A DNA stretch of 52,571 nt from a virus (taxonomy: Duplodnaviria > Caudoviricetes). Of the stretch, positions 43,873 through 52,571 are shown piece after piece. The number at the start of each line of letters is the position of its first letter. Positions within the stretch are counted from its first letter, which is position 1. The stretch lies in the IMG/VR virus record IMGVR_UViG_3300050133_000102, positions 1 to 52,571 of that record, one strand, 5' to 3'. The notes beneath the pieces are model-generated. The model had not been told where the DNA came from and did no database searches. It saw only the letters and a program-made list of their open reading frames with translations. The translations under genes and the position numbers were made by a program.

Positions 43873-46458
43873 GTGCCTGGCGAAAATGATCTGAATAGCT
43901 CTATAGGCATGGATACAACCGCATTTAAAGCGGGAGTTACCGAGCTTAACGCGCAAATTAAATCAATAGAAACAGGGTTCCGAGCCTCCGCCGCCGTCAT
44001 GGGCGACTGGTCGAATACATCGAGCGGGCTGACCGAGCGGACATCCTCCCTGAGTGACAAATTGGCGCTTCAAAAGCAAAAGCTTGAAACATTGAATGCC
44101 GAGTATCAAAAGGCGGTATCGGAACAGGGGGCGACAAGCAGCGCCGCTCAAAGCCTTGCAAATCAAATGTTCTCGGCTGAAAAGGCTATTTCAAGCACAG
44201 AATCCGATCTTAAGAAATACGACAGCCAATTAAAAACTGTCGTAACTCAGGAAAAGGAAAATAGCAGTTCACTTTCAAAACTGAAATCCGGTTTTCTTGG
44301 GCTTGCCGATCAATCTCAAAAATCAACTTCGCTCATTTCAAGCGGATTCGGAAGTTTGAAAAACGTTATCACAGGTTTTGCGGCAACGGCAATAGCCGGA
44401 TTTTCACTGAAATCAGTCGTTGATGAGATGAACTCCGAGGAAAAGGCATCGGCTCAAATGAGCGCCGTGTTAAAATCAACAGGCGACGCGTCGGGCATGA
44501 CTCAGAAGCAGCTCGAAGATTTGGCTGAAGCGCAGGCCAAGGTGACAACAAACGATAAAGATACTACGGAGCAGGCTGAAAACATGCTGCTCACGTTTAC
44601 GGGCATAGGTTCTAAAGTATTCCCGCAGGCGACAATCGCCGCGGAGGATATGGCAACTGCTATGCACACGAACGCCACAGATGCGGCTAAGACCCTCGGC
44701 AAAGCTCTCAACGACCCCGCGGCAGGATTATCTAAACTTACGAGACAGGGCGTGGTGTTCACCGCCGCGCAAAAAGAGCAAATCACAGCCATGGAAAAAG
44801 CGGGGAATGTGGCAGGCGCGCAAGGGGTTATTATTGCCGAACTCACAAGAGAATTCGGAGGCAGCGCAAAGGCTGCGGGTTCGACGGTTGCCGGGCAAAT
44901 CCAGATCATGACCAACGGCATAAAGGAATCCGGAGCGTCAATACTTGCATCCCTCATGCCGATCGTGACGAGCATGATGCCAATGTTTACAAAAGCCATA
45001 CAAGGGATTTCATCAGTAATTACCGCACACAAGAGCGAAATCATCGGTGCGGTATCCATGGTTGCAATCGTTGTAAAAGATATTTTCGGATTTGTCGAAA
45101 ATCATGGAGCGCTCATAAAGGGAGCAATTATCGGAATCGTCGGTGCTATGGTGGCGTGGAAAGTGGTGACGCTCGCGTCAATGTTAGTGCAAGGGATTCA
45201 GACAGGCATCCTTGCCGCACAAGTATTAGCGTCCGGCAGTGCCACTGCCGCAAAAGCCGTTCTTACCGCTGCGACGGAAGCGGGAACGGGCGCTCAGATT
45301 GCAGAGAACGCCGCAATGATGGCCGGTATGCTGCCTATAATAGCGATCGTTGCCGCGGTGGCATTGCTTGCATTCGGAGTCTATGAACTCATAACGCACT
45401 GGAAACAGGTAAGCGCTTTTTTTGTTGGGCTTTGGCACGATGTAGAGGGCTTTTTTAAAGCCGCATGGGAATGGATAAAAAATATGTTTCTCAGTTATAC
45501 TCCGGAGGGGCTTATTATAAGTCACTGGAAACAAATCACTGCTTTCTTTTCGGGTTTATGGAAAGATGTTGAGAATGCTTTTTCAGTTGCATGGGAATGG
45601 ATAAAGAATATGTTTCTTAAATATACTCCACAGGGACTTATTATAAGCCACTGGAGTACGATAAGCGCGTTTTTCGTGGGACTTTGGAACAATGTAACCG
45701 GTGTATTTACAACGGCATGGAATGCGATTGCCGGATTTTTAACTGGAATATGGAACTGGGTCGTCGGCTTCTTCACTCAGTGGGGCCCTCTTATACTTGC
45801 TGTCCTCGTTCCATTCATTGGGATACCGCTTCTGATTTATCAGCATTTCAACCAGATTACAGGATGGTTATCGGGGATTTGGAATGATGCGGTAAATGGC
45901 GTTAAAGGATTTGTTTCGAGCGTTTCAAATGTGATCGGGGGTATCGGTGACACAATAGTCCATGCGTTCGATACAGCTATTAACTTTATCAAAAACCTGC
46001 CCGGTGAGATGCTCAACTGGGGCAAAGACATGATACAAAACCTCATAAATGGCATAAAAAGCGGAATTGACGCTGTGGGCGACGCAGTAAAAGGCGTGGC
46101 TGATAAGATCAGCTCGTTCCTGCACTTTTCAGTTCCGGATGTTGGCCCGCTTGCTGATTTTGATAAATCTCCGGGCGATATGATAAATTTAATTGCCAAT
46201 GGCCTTAATGCCGGTGTGAGTAAAGTTAAGGCGGCTGCAAATAATGTGGCAGCGGCTATGTCTTTGGCATCGGGAGGCATGCAGACCGGAACATTAGCAC
46301 CTCAGCTTGCGGGAGCCGGTTCCGGTACTTCTCAGGCAAGCACCACGAATGTTGTACACTCAGGCACCATCCACGTGGAAGGTGTCAGCGATTCCGGCCA
46401 ACTGGCTGGAGCGGTTGATATTATAATCGATCAACTACGCAGGGAGGCACGCATATGA
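43873..46458 (+). CDS. Tail tape measure protein
   Basis: 861 aa, Ala/Gly-rich helical, LGKALNDP motif, Trp-periodic repeats, LHFSVPDVGPL. Confidence 0.92.
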   Translation: MPGENDLNSSIGMDTTAFKAGVTELNAQIKSIETGFRASAAVMGDWSNTSSGLTERTSSLSDKLALQKQKLETLNAEYQKAVSEQGATSSAAQSLANQMFSAEKAISSTESDLKKYDSQLKTVVTQEKENSSSLSKLKSGFLGLADQSQKSTSLISSGFGSLKNVITGFAATAIAGFSLKSVVDEMNSEEKASAQMSAVLKSTGDASGMTQKQLEDLAEAQAKVTTNDKDTTEQAENMLLTFTGIGSKVFPQATIAAEDMATAMHTNATDAAKTLGKALNDPAAGLSKLTRQGVVFTAAQKEQITAMEKAGNVAGAQGVIIAELTREFGGSAKAAGSTVAGQIQIMTNGIKESGASILASLMPIVTSMMPMFTKAIQGISSVITAHKSEIIGAVSMVAIVVKDIFGFVENHGALIKGAIIGIVGAMVAWKVVTLASMLVQGIQTGILAAQVLASGSATAAKAVLTAATEAGTGAQIAENAAMMAGMLPIIAIVAAVALLAFGVYELITHWKQVSAFFVGLWHDVEGFFKAAWEWIKNMFLSYTPEGLIISHWKQITAFFSGLWKDVENAFSVAWEWIKNMFLKYTPQGLIISHWSTISAFFVGLWNNVTGVFTTAWNAIAGFLTGIWNWVVGFFTQWGPLILAVLVPFIGIPLLIYQHFNQITGWLSGIWNDAVNGVKGFVSSVSNVIGGIGDTIVHAFDTAINFIKNLPGEMLNWGKDMIQNLINGIKSGIDAVGDAVKGVADKISSFLHFSVPDVGPLADFDKSPGDMINLIANGLNAGVSKVKAAANNVAAAMSLASGGMQTGTLAPQLAGAGSGTSQASTTNVVHSGTIHVEGVSDSGQLAGAVDIIIDQLRREARI

Positions 46459-46790
46459 GTGACCTTTATAACCTCGACACATCTACGGATATAACGCCAT
46501 ATGTCAGCGTAAATACAGATCAGGATATTATCAAAGTGACAAACCGCACGCTCGACGGACAATATTATGTGCAGATCATCGGAAGCCCGGCTGCTTTAGT
46601 AAATCTTGATGTTTGCGTAGACGATGCCGGGAAAGCGCTACTCATGCAGGCCGACGCGGATGCAAACCTCCTTCGCGTAACCTCATCTAAGGGAATATTT
46701 CAAGGGCGCATTCTGGAATGCGGCTCATGGGCGAAAATCGGTTCAATATATTATGAAACAACAGTAAAACTCGGGGTGGTGAGCTCATGA
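46455..46790 (+). CDS. Small tail protein (distal-tail position)
   Basis: ATGA overlap with tape measure; NRTLDG.YYVQIIG. Confidence 0.55.
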   Translation: MSDLYNLDTSTDITPYVSVNTDQDIIKVTNRTLDGQYYVQIIGSPAALVNLDVCVDDAGKALLMQADADANLLRVTSSKGIFQGRILECGSWAKIGSIYYETTVKLGVVSS

Positions 46791-48160
46791 GACCGATATC
46801 CTCAGCTCTTCTGGCAAAGTTATCGCAGCGGTGGCAGGCTGATGCGACAGACTCAAAGCCGAACCTTAAGCTCATAGCGACACAATCCTCAGTCAATACG
46901 TTGATTACGGAACCGATCCACAGCGGCATTGCCGCCGCTTATGGAGACGTCGCTCTGCGGCAGCTGCCCGGAGAATTAGCACCATCCTATGCTTATGCCA
47001 TTTGCGTAGATAGTGGCGTTGCTAAAGTGTATGGACGTGCTCTCCCTGCAGATTACGAACAGGCATGGGTTTACCTTTGGACGCTGGGTGCGGCTATAGA
47101 TGTGGCCATCGAGTATAACGGCACATGGCAGATTACAAACACACGCAATTATTACATGCTCATTACCGAGGAGACCCCATGGATATTTTGGGTGGATGTT
47201 TCCGAGGTACTTTGGGCACAGCACTGGCAGGATACCAGCACGAAGGTACAGCTTGATACCGGGGTGAGTGGAATATCAGCCTGCAGGGCATGGCAATCCA
47301 TCATCACACCCACCGACGACCAAGGGCTTATTGTTGCCTACATCAAAGACGGCAAGGCGTGGTACCGGGCCTATTGCTTAGAGGTAACCGGGACACCGGC
47401 ATGGGAGGCCGCCCTGCAGATAACCGCGCTGGGCTCAGCGGTAACCACGATCGACGTGTTCCGCACCAATGACTACCGGGTAGGATTTGTGGCCGAGACT
47501 GGAGCAGGCATGCAATATGTGCTTTCAGCGAGGCAATATGCTGGCGGTTCGTTTAGGCCGGAATTTTTCAGCATCATGCCGACACAGATAGCCTTCGGAA
47601 TTATCACGATCGACTACCACCAGACGGTCGAAACCGATCACATCACGGCCCAACCTTCGACGCCTTTTGCGCGAATGTTCGACGACCCGGCGCCCGCCGT
47701 TTCCGTCGTTTCAGTTACCCGCACGGGCCTCCGCGACTTGGATCTGGCCCTCAACTACCCGCTGATTGCCGACCCCGTTTATTCCAGTTTGGTCCCCTAC
47801 GTCACGGTTTCACCGAGCCAAGCGATAGACGCGGCCTATGTCGCCAACGGGGCCTTGCACGTCACCCTCTCGGTCGACACTACGCACAACATCGGGCTCA
47901 CTTTTACGGTTTCCTTCTGCCCCTTGGCGGCCTTCAAAAGCGGCGGGAAAACCTATCCGCTTTCAGGCACCCTCACAGCACCCGCGGAGGTTGTGACGCA
48001 CCAGACAAAGACGGCGGGAAACTTCACCATGCAGGGCAGCTCGGCTGCGGTCGCCCTGATTCCGATAATCTACCATCAGGCTAAGGCCACCGAGAGCCTC
48101 ACCGCACAGGGAAGCAGCCTGACCCTCGCACTTACACAGACGGGAACGATTCCGATTTAA
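46787..48160 (+). CDS. Tail tip / structural protein
   Basis: Position, beta-rich composition, ATGA overlap. Confidence 0.55.
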   Translation: MRPISSALLAKLSQRWQADATDSKPNLKLIATQSSVNTLITEPIHSGIAAAYGDVALRQLPGELAPSYAYAICVDSGVAKVYGRALPADYEQAWVYLWTLGAAIDVAIEYNGTWQITNTRNYYMLITEETPWIFWVDVSEVLWAQHWQDTSTKVQLDTGVSGISACRAWQSIITPTDDQGLIVAYIKDGKAWYRAYCLEVTGTPAWEAALQITALGSAVTTIDVFRTNDYRVGFVAETGAGMQYVLSARQYAGGSFRPEFFSIMPTQIAFGIITIDYHQTVETDHITAQPSTPFARMFDDPAPAVSVVSVTRTGLRDLDLALNYPLIADPVYSSLVPYVTVSPSQAIDAAYVANGALHVTLSVDTTHNIGLTFTVSFCPLAAFKSGGKTYPLSGTLTAPAEVVTHQTKTAGNFTMQGSSAAVALIPIIYHQAKATESLTAQGSSLTLALTQTGTIPI

Positions 48161-48172
48161 GGAGGAGCTATC

Positions 48173-49774
48173 ATGCCAAATTTAAAGACTTCCTGCGCGA
48201 TCCACAACAGGTTTGACATCGTGGTCAAAGACGCCAAAACAGGGAAAGTGAAGCAAAGAGCAAAAGCATACAACGTGGTTTTAAACGGTTTTTTCACTTG
48301 GCTGACTAGCTACGTCGGAAGCCTTATCAGTTCAGGCACATATGGGCTTTATCTCCCATATGGGCTCTCCTACGGGTCGGGAAGTGGGACACCGGCGGTG
48401 ACGGACTCGGGTCTTTTCAGCAGCCAAGGGACACTGCAAAGCTATGATTTCGGCGCGGTCACGACCAACGCATACGGGAACCCGACATCGTGGAAATCGG
48501 TCGCCTTCACCCTTGACGTGAATACTGCAAACGGCGTGAACATTACCGAGGTCGGGCTGGTAATCGGCAACGGAAGCAGCAATACCAGACTGATCTCCCA
48601 CGCCATGCTTCAGGACAGCGAGGGCAACCAGATATCAATCAACAAAACCAGCAACGACGTCGTAATTATCACCGCGACAATTTACCTCACCATCACCAAC
48701 GCGGGCTTCGGAACCGGCGCCCTTTACCCCGCGGTACAAAACAACGCTCTCGTTACCGGACTTATGGCCGTTCAATCCAACGGAGGGACCAACAAGCGAA
48801 CCGGAATCCCGTCGACCGTTTACATGGGGAACATCATACCAGCCAACTGCGAAGAGATCGCAGCACTTGCTTCCATCTCATCAGACAGCGGAACACCCAC
48901 AGCAGACGCCACGGGGAAAGCCACCTACCCGCTCCTCACGATTTCTCCAAGCATCGGCGATAAAAAGAGCATAAGATGCATCGGACTGCCGGGCATCGGA
49001 GTGGCTGTGTTCCCGAACCACGACATATTCCCACCGTTCGCAATAAGCAATCTCGCGATAGGCACCGGCGACGGAGCCACGACGGACTTCAACATCGCGG
49101 CACCCTACATCATGACTGGCAGTGAGGTAATAACTGTAGGCGGCGCCGTGAAAACAAAGGGTACCGATTACACCATCGACTATGATGCCAATCCCTATGA
49201 TCAGCATGAGTGCTACTACTCGGCGGCATTACGTCTTGGAGCAGGAGCAACATTCGGAAACATGGGTTTAGGAACAGTAGCTTATGATCCTTGCCTATTT
49301 GGTCTTGTTAGAACCGTCGGTACTGCAGGGACAATAACACAAGCAAAACCAATTCATATTGATTTTGTTGACCCAAAATCTTGTAATCGTCTAAGATTAG
49401 AAATCAATAGCATGACTACAGTCCAACAAAATGCTCTTACTGTTGAATATTCAACAGATGATGTAAACTGGGTTACTGCTCCTGGTCTAACGCACACAGG
49501 GCAACTATGGTCTTGGACTCTTACAAATGCCCGATATTGGTGTGTTTATCTTTCAGGCCAATCATGGACATATAGTGCCGGTACATCCGCCTCCTTGGAT
49601 GGTGTTACTACTGGTGCTTCATTTTATCTTGGAAAAAGTGTCCCAGGTCTGCACTTTATAACACCTCCTGCATCAGGGCTGGCAGTTCAGGCGAGCTACA
49701 ACATCGATATCCCGTACAAGACCAGCAATAACAAGCTGACGTTTCAATGGGCATGGCAAATCGGAAGGGGATGA
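48173..49774 (+). CDS. Tail fibre / receptor-binding-like protein
   Basis: N-terminal GSGSGTPAVTDSGLF...ITEVGL...I.KTSND anchor-like motif; IGTGDGATTDF; VEYSTD..NW...ARYW carbohydrate-binding-like segment. Confidence 0.65.
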   Translation: MPNLKTSCAIHNRFDIVVKDAKTGKVKQRAKAYNVVLNGFFTWLTSYVGSLISSGTYGLYLPYGLSYGSGSGTPAVTDSGLFSSQGTLQSYDFGAVTTNAYGNPTSWKSVAFTLDVNTANGVNITEVGLVIGNGSSNTRLISHAMLQDSEGNQISINKTSNDVVIITATIYLTITNAGFGTGALYPAVQNNALVTGLMAVQSNGGTNKRTGIPSTVYMGNIIPANCEEIAALASISSDSGTPTADATGKATYPLLTISPSIGDKKSIRCIGLPGIGVAVFPNHDIFPPFAISNLAIGTGDGATTDFNIAAPYIMTGSEVITVGGAVKTKGTDYTIDYDANPYDQHECYYSAALRLGAGATFGNMGLGTVAYDPCLFGLVRTVGTAGTITQAKPIHIDFVDPKSCNRLRLEINSMTTVQQNALTVEYSTDDVNWVTAPGLTHTGQLWSWTLTNARYWCVYLSGQSWTYSAGTSASLDGVTTGASFYLGKSVPGLHFITPPASGLAVQASYNIDIPYKTSNNKLTFQWAWQIGRG

Positions 49775-49778
49775 TACC

Positions 49779-51110
49779 GTGGTTTTAACCTTTCCCTACA
49801 GCGAGACCGTGGCAGGCGGCCATGCCCCGCAGGCCGTTCACATGATGGACAATAACCTCAGAATTTTCTATATTGACGATTCAGGTGACGTAAAGGCCAT
49901 GAGCGCTGCTCCACCACTGGGGATTTACGACGCACTTTCATTCTCAGACGACGGCAGGATGAGTGCCGACTCAGGGGTGGCCGACCCGAACTTGAAAAAA
50001 GTCCCCCACTGCGGAGCTTATGGTTTCTGGAGCGCGGAGAATTCGCACAGGTTTGTCATGTACATGCTCCCCATTGACATTTCAGCCGAGCAACTCGATG
50101 GGAGCGTCCAATACACCAAGGATTCGCCGGTATCGCAGATCAGCGTAAATGCTCAAAATGTAGGCTCGGGATTGATGGGGAAATACCGGTCATCAGTAAC
50201 GCCGGGCTCCATCCTGAGTCTTGTATTTACCATGGGCGACAGCCCCGAGCTTTCGCTCGGAACATTTTATTCTGATCGGGTGAGCGGCAAGCGCGAGGCA
50301 TATGCCATAGCAATCACAGGCAGAAACAGCATCGGTAAACTTCTCTTAGAGCAGACCTTTGACGACGAGAACACATTCACAAGCGGAAACCTACGGGACA
50401 ACCTGCTCGCAATTCTCGAGATGGCGGCCGTCGAAAATTACTTTGTAGCGGACACGGCGCTAACTTGGAACCTGACGTTTGACCCGGCCACATCCGTCCT
50501 TGACGGGATACAATCTGTGGTTCAGCTCATCCCCGGGTGGAAGATCTCCGAGAACGCAGACGGAACCGTCGGCATCGGCCCGTCAACAGATGGCCGGTTC
50601 GATGCCCCTTCCACTTATACATTTCAGCGCGACAGCACCTGCTGGAGCTGCGATGCAAGTCAGGACGACCAGGAAAGCTACAGCCGCGTGTGCATCCAGT
50701 GTGCAAATCCTGTTGCCACAGTTTTTAGAGATTTGCCGCCGCACAAATACTGGCCGATTGCAGCGCATAAAACACTTTATGTGAACGTGCCGGAGGGCAC
50801 GACAACAGACCAGATGAACGCCTATGCGGATACGCTGGAGGATACCATACCGCTCACGGGGCGTGTTGAGACGTTTGCCGGAATATTTACCCCGCACCTG
50901 ATGATCGGCGACAGCGCGGAAGTGGTGGAGTCAGACGGAAGTTATTCAACCGTCGGAACAGTGACCACCGTTGAACACCATTTCGGCCGCAGCGGGTTCT
51001 ATACGCAATTCACAGTGGACAGCGGCGGACGAATTGGAAAACCAATGCTCAAGGATTACCTGAGCACAGTCTCAGGACAAAACACACAGACCAAGGTCAC
51101 AATATCATAA
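49779..51110 (+). CDS. Tail hub/baseplate-type structural protein
   Basis: LGTFYSDR, ITGRN.IGKLL, PHLMIGD, GTVTTVEHHFGRSGFYT; position before lysis genes. Confidence 0.6.
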   Translation: MVLTFPYSETVAGGHAPQAVHMMDNNLRIFYIDDSGDVKAMSAAPPLGIYDALSFSDDGRMSADSGVADPNLKKVPHCGAYGFWSAENSHRFVMYMLPIDISAEQLDGSVQYTKDSPVSQISVNAQNVGSGLMGKYRSSVTPGSILSLVFTMGDSPELSLGTFYSDRVSGKREAYAIAITGRNSIGKLLLEQTFDDENTFTSGNLRDNLLAILEMAAVENYFVADTALTWNLTFDPATSVLDGIQSVVQLIPGWKISENADGTVGIGPSTDGRFDAPSTYTFQRDSTCWSCDASQDDQESYSRVCIQCANPVATVFRDLPPHKYWPIAAHKTLYVNVPEGTTTDQMNAYADTLEDTIPLTGRVETFAGIFTPHLMIGDSAEVVESDGSYSTVGTVTTVEHHFGRSGFYTQFTVDSGGRIGKPMLKDYLSTVSGQNTQTKVTIS

Positions 51111-51133
51111 CCGCCCAATCGGGCGGTATTTTT
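51110..51133 (+). terminator. Intrinsic terminator after the tail genes
   Basis: ACCGCCC-aatc-GGGCGGT-ATTTTT. Confidence 0.65.
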
Positions 51134-51159
51134 ATATCAAAATTCAGGAGGTAAAAAAT

Positions 51160-52158
51160 ATGCAAAGCAGAAATTCCGCAAATCTACCCGGCATAGACAT
51201 CTCGCACTATGAAACCGTCAGTTACCCCGCAATCGTGGCCGCAGGCAAAAAAGCCGTGTACATTAAGGCCACAGAGGGCACAACATTCCAAGACCCTGCA
51301 TTTCTAACACACAACACGAACTGCCGGGCGCTCGGCCTTCAGACCGGGGCATACCACCTAATCCACGTTTACCCCACGTCAACCATCGACGCGCAGGTGG
51401 CCAATTTCCTCGAGGCCATAAAAGGACAACCCCTCAGCATGCCATTGATGATCGACGCAGAACCGGAAATCATTGTAGGTATGACCCCAGAGACCGTGAC
51501 CGCGCAGGTTCTCGATTTCGCGGCTAAGTTGAAGACGGCGACCGGCGTGGAGGTTGTTCTGTACGCCTGCACAGACAGCATCATCAACGCATTTACTGCA
51601 GACATTACTGCTCTCAGGCTGTATATCGCAGACACCCGGTACGGTGACACAGCCCCGGGAGAAAACAGCAAAACAGAATCATGGTGTGGTTTCCAATATT
51701 CGTGGAAAGGCGGCATCGATGGCATGACGGTCGACCTTGACGAATTCACCCCGGATATGATCATCCCTGAATACACGTATGGCGCACCGGCCCCCGTGCC
51801 CGCGCCTGCGCCCGCCCCGAAACCCGCACCGATACCGTTTGACCAGACAGTCCTCGACGCGCAGCGTGAGCTCAACGCCTTAGGTGTGAGGGACGATAGC
51901 GGGGACAAACTCTCGGAGGACGGCAAGGCAGGAAAACACACGCTGGAAGCCCTCGGCAATCATGTTCTCGTATACGACCCGACACATATAAAGGAATGTG
52001 TAAAACTCCTGCAGAAGAGGCTCGGGTTCACCGGCGAAGACATTGACGGCAGGTTCGGTGATAAGACATTGGCCTCCGTCAGAGCTTATCAGACGGCACA
52101 CGGACTGCAGGTCGACGGTAAAGCAGGCCCGCAGACGTGGGCCGCAATAATTGGGTAA
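51160..52158 (+). CDS. Endolysin: GH25 lysozyme + Pro/Ala linker + peptidoglycan-binding domains
   Basis: GIDISHY, IKATEG, GAYH, IDAE, FQYS, VDLD; PAPAPAPKPAP linker; DGRFG..T...V..YQ..HGL.VDG.AGPQTW. Confidence 0.93.
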   Translation: MQSRNSANLPGIDISHYETVSYPAIVAAGKKAVYIKATEGTTFQDPAFLTHNTNCRALGLQTGAYHLIHVYPTSTIDAQVANFLEAIKGQPLSMPLMIDAEPEIIVGMTPETVTAQVLDFAAKLKTATGVEVVLYACTDSIINAFTADITALRLYIADTRYGDTAPGENSKTESWCGFQYSWKGGIDGMTVDLDEFTPDMIIPEYTYGAPAPVPAPAPAPKPAPIPFDQTVLDAQRELNALGVRDDSGDKLSEDGKAGKHTLEALGNHVLVYDPTHIKECVKLLQKRLGFTGEDIDGRFGDKTLASVRAYQTAHGLQVDGKAGPQTWAAIIG

Positions 52159-52161
52159 AGG

Positions 52162-52545
52162 ATGTTGGCAGATATGGTTGAAACACAGGAACAGGTCACG
52201 GCTGCCATTGTAGCGCAAACGGCCACGGCCACAGCAAAAGCCGTCTTTGAAGCTGCGCAAGCGGCGGCGATTGTGGTCGAGAGGGAAAAAGGGGCAAACA
52301 TAGCTTCAATCGCAACATTGAGGACAGAGTTGAACTATCTCAAAGAACAGCAGTCTGCTTTTGAGGTTCAAATTACTCAGAAGGTGGACAATTTGGACAT
52401 AAAAATTGATAAAGTATTTGAAAAGATATTTTGCAAACTCGATGAATTAACAAAGGGCAGACCCTCGTGGATGATATCGTGGGCATTAACTGCCCTTGTT
52501 AGCTTATGCGTCGGCTTGATAGTTTTCGTTATTTCTCACCTATAA
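52162..52545 (+). CDS. Coiled-coil protein with C-terminal membrane anchor, holin/haemolysin-like
   Basis: Follows the endolysin; coiled coil then RPSW and one hydrophobic helix. Confidence 0.5.
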   Translation: MLADMVETQEQVTAAIVAQTATATAKAVFEAAQAAAIVVEREKGANIASIATLRTELNYLKEQQSAFEVQITQKVDNLDIKIDKVFEKIFCKLDELTKGRPSWMISWALTALVSLCVGLIVFVISHL

Positions 52546-52571
52546 AAAAATATTTAATTTAAGGAGAAAAA

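Larger units (their letters stand above)
20321..52571 (+). mobile_element. Prophage (siphovirus-type, HK97-fold head, DNA polymerase A replication module); right end outside the window, left end probably includes the defence cluster
   Basis: Co-oriented replication, packaging, head, tail and lysis genes in canonical order. Confidence 0.95.

Noticed and set aside
48173-51110. Diversity-generating retroelement or shufflon acting on the tail fibre
   Set aside because: No reverse transcriptase, invertase or template/variable repeat pair seen in the window.
51781-51837. GC-rich short tandem repeats
   Set aside because: They encode the Pro/Ala linker of the endolysin, which is ordinary.
1-52571. 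Integrase/recombinase, IS elements, and the many short antisense or overlapping ORFs in the track
   Set aside because: No integrase or transposase motif found (the recombinase probably lies beyond the right edge); the shadow ORFs lie within well-supported genes and lack RBS or motifs.

Overview
Firmicutes (probably Clostridia) chromosomal window with three parts. (1) 1-~1400: a PadR regulator and DUF1048-like genes (one frameshifted), then a non-coding stretch with attachment-site-like features. (2) 1589-19870: an ~18.3 kb, tightly packed, leftward defence operon. It holds a three-gene Lamassu/ABC-three-component (ABC-3C) module, an XRE regulator, an 853-aa unknown protein and a BREX type 4-like system (BrxP, BrxC, PglZ, BrxL). 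The BREX genes come with their own cysteine desulfurase and a small zinc-finger gene, i.e. a probable DNA phosphorothioation system. (3) 20321-end: a rightward siphovirus-type prophage. It encodes a sigma-like regulator, a DUF2800/DUF2815/DNA pol A/primase/VRR-NUC/SNF2 replication module, HNH-terminase packaging, an HK97-type head, a long non-contractile tail and lysis genes. No integrase is in the window. Most interesting observations: the first gene of the defence operon sits in the usual prophage repressor position and looks like an HTH-like domain plus a catalytically degenerate HNH fused to a Lamassu C-terminal domain; the sigma-factor gene has a two-state RNA switch in its leader; brxP has an internal ribosome-binding site; and an AT-rich HEPN moron is bounded by inverted repeats. 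All family calls come from motif recognition by eye, not database searches.
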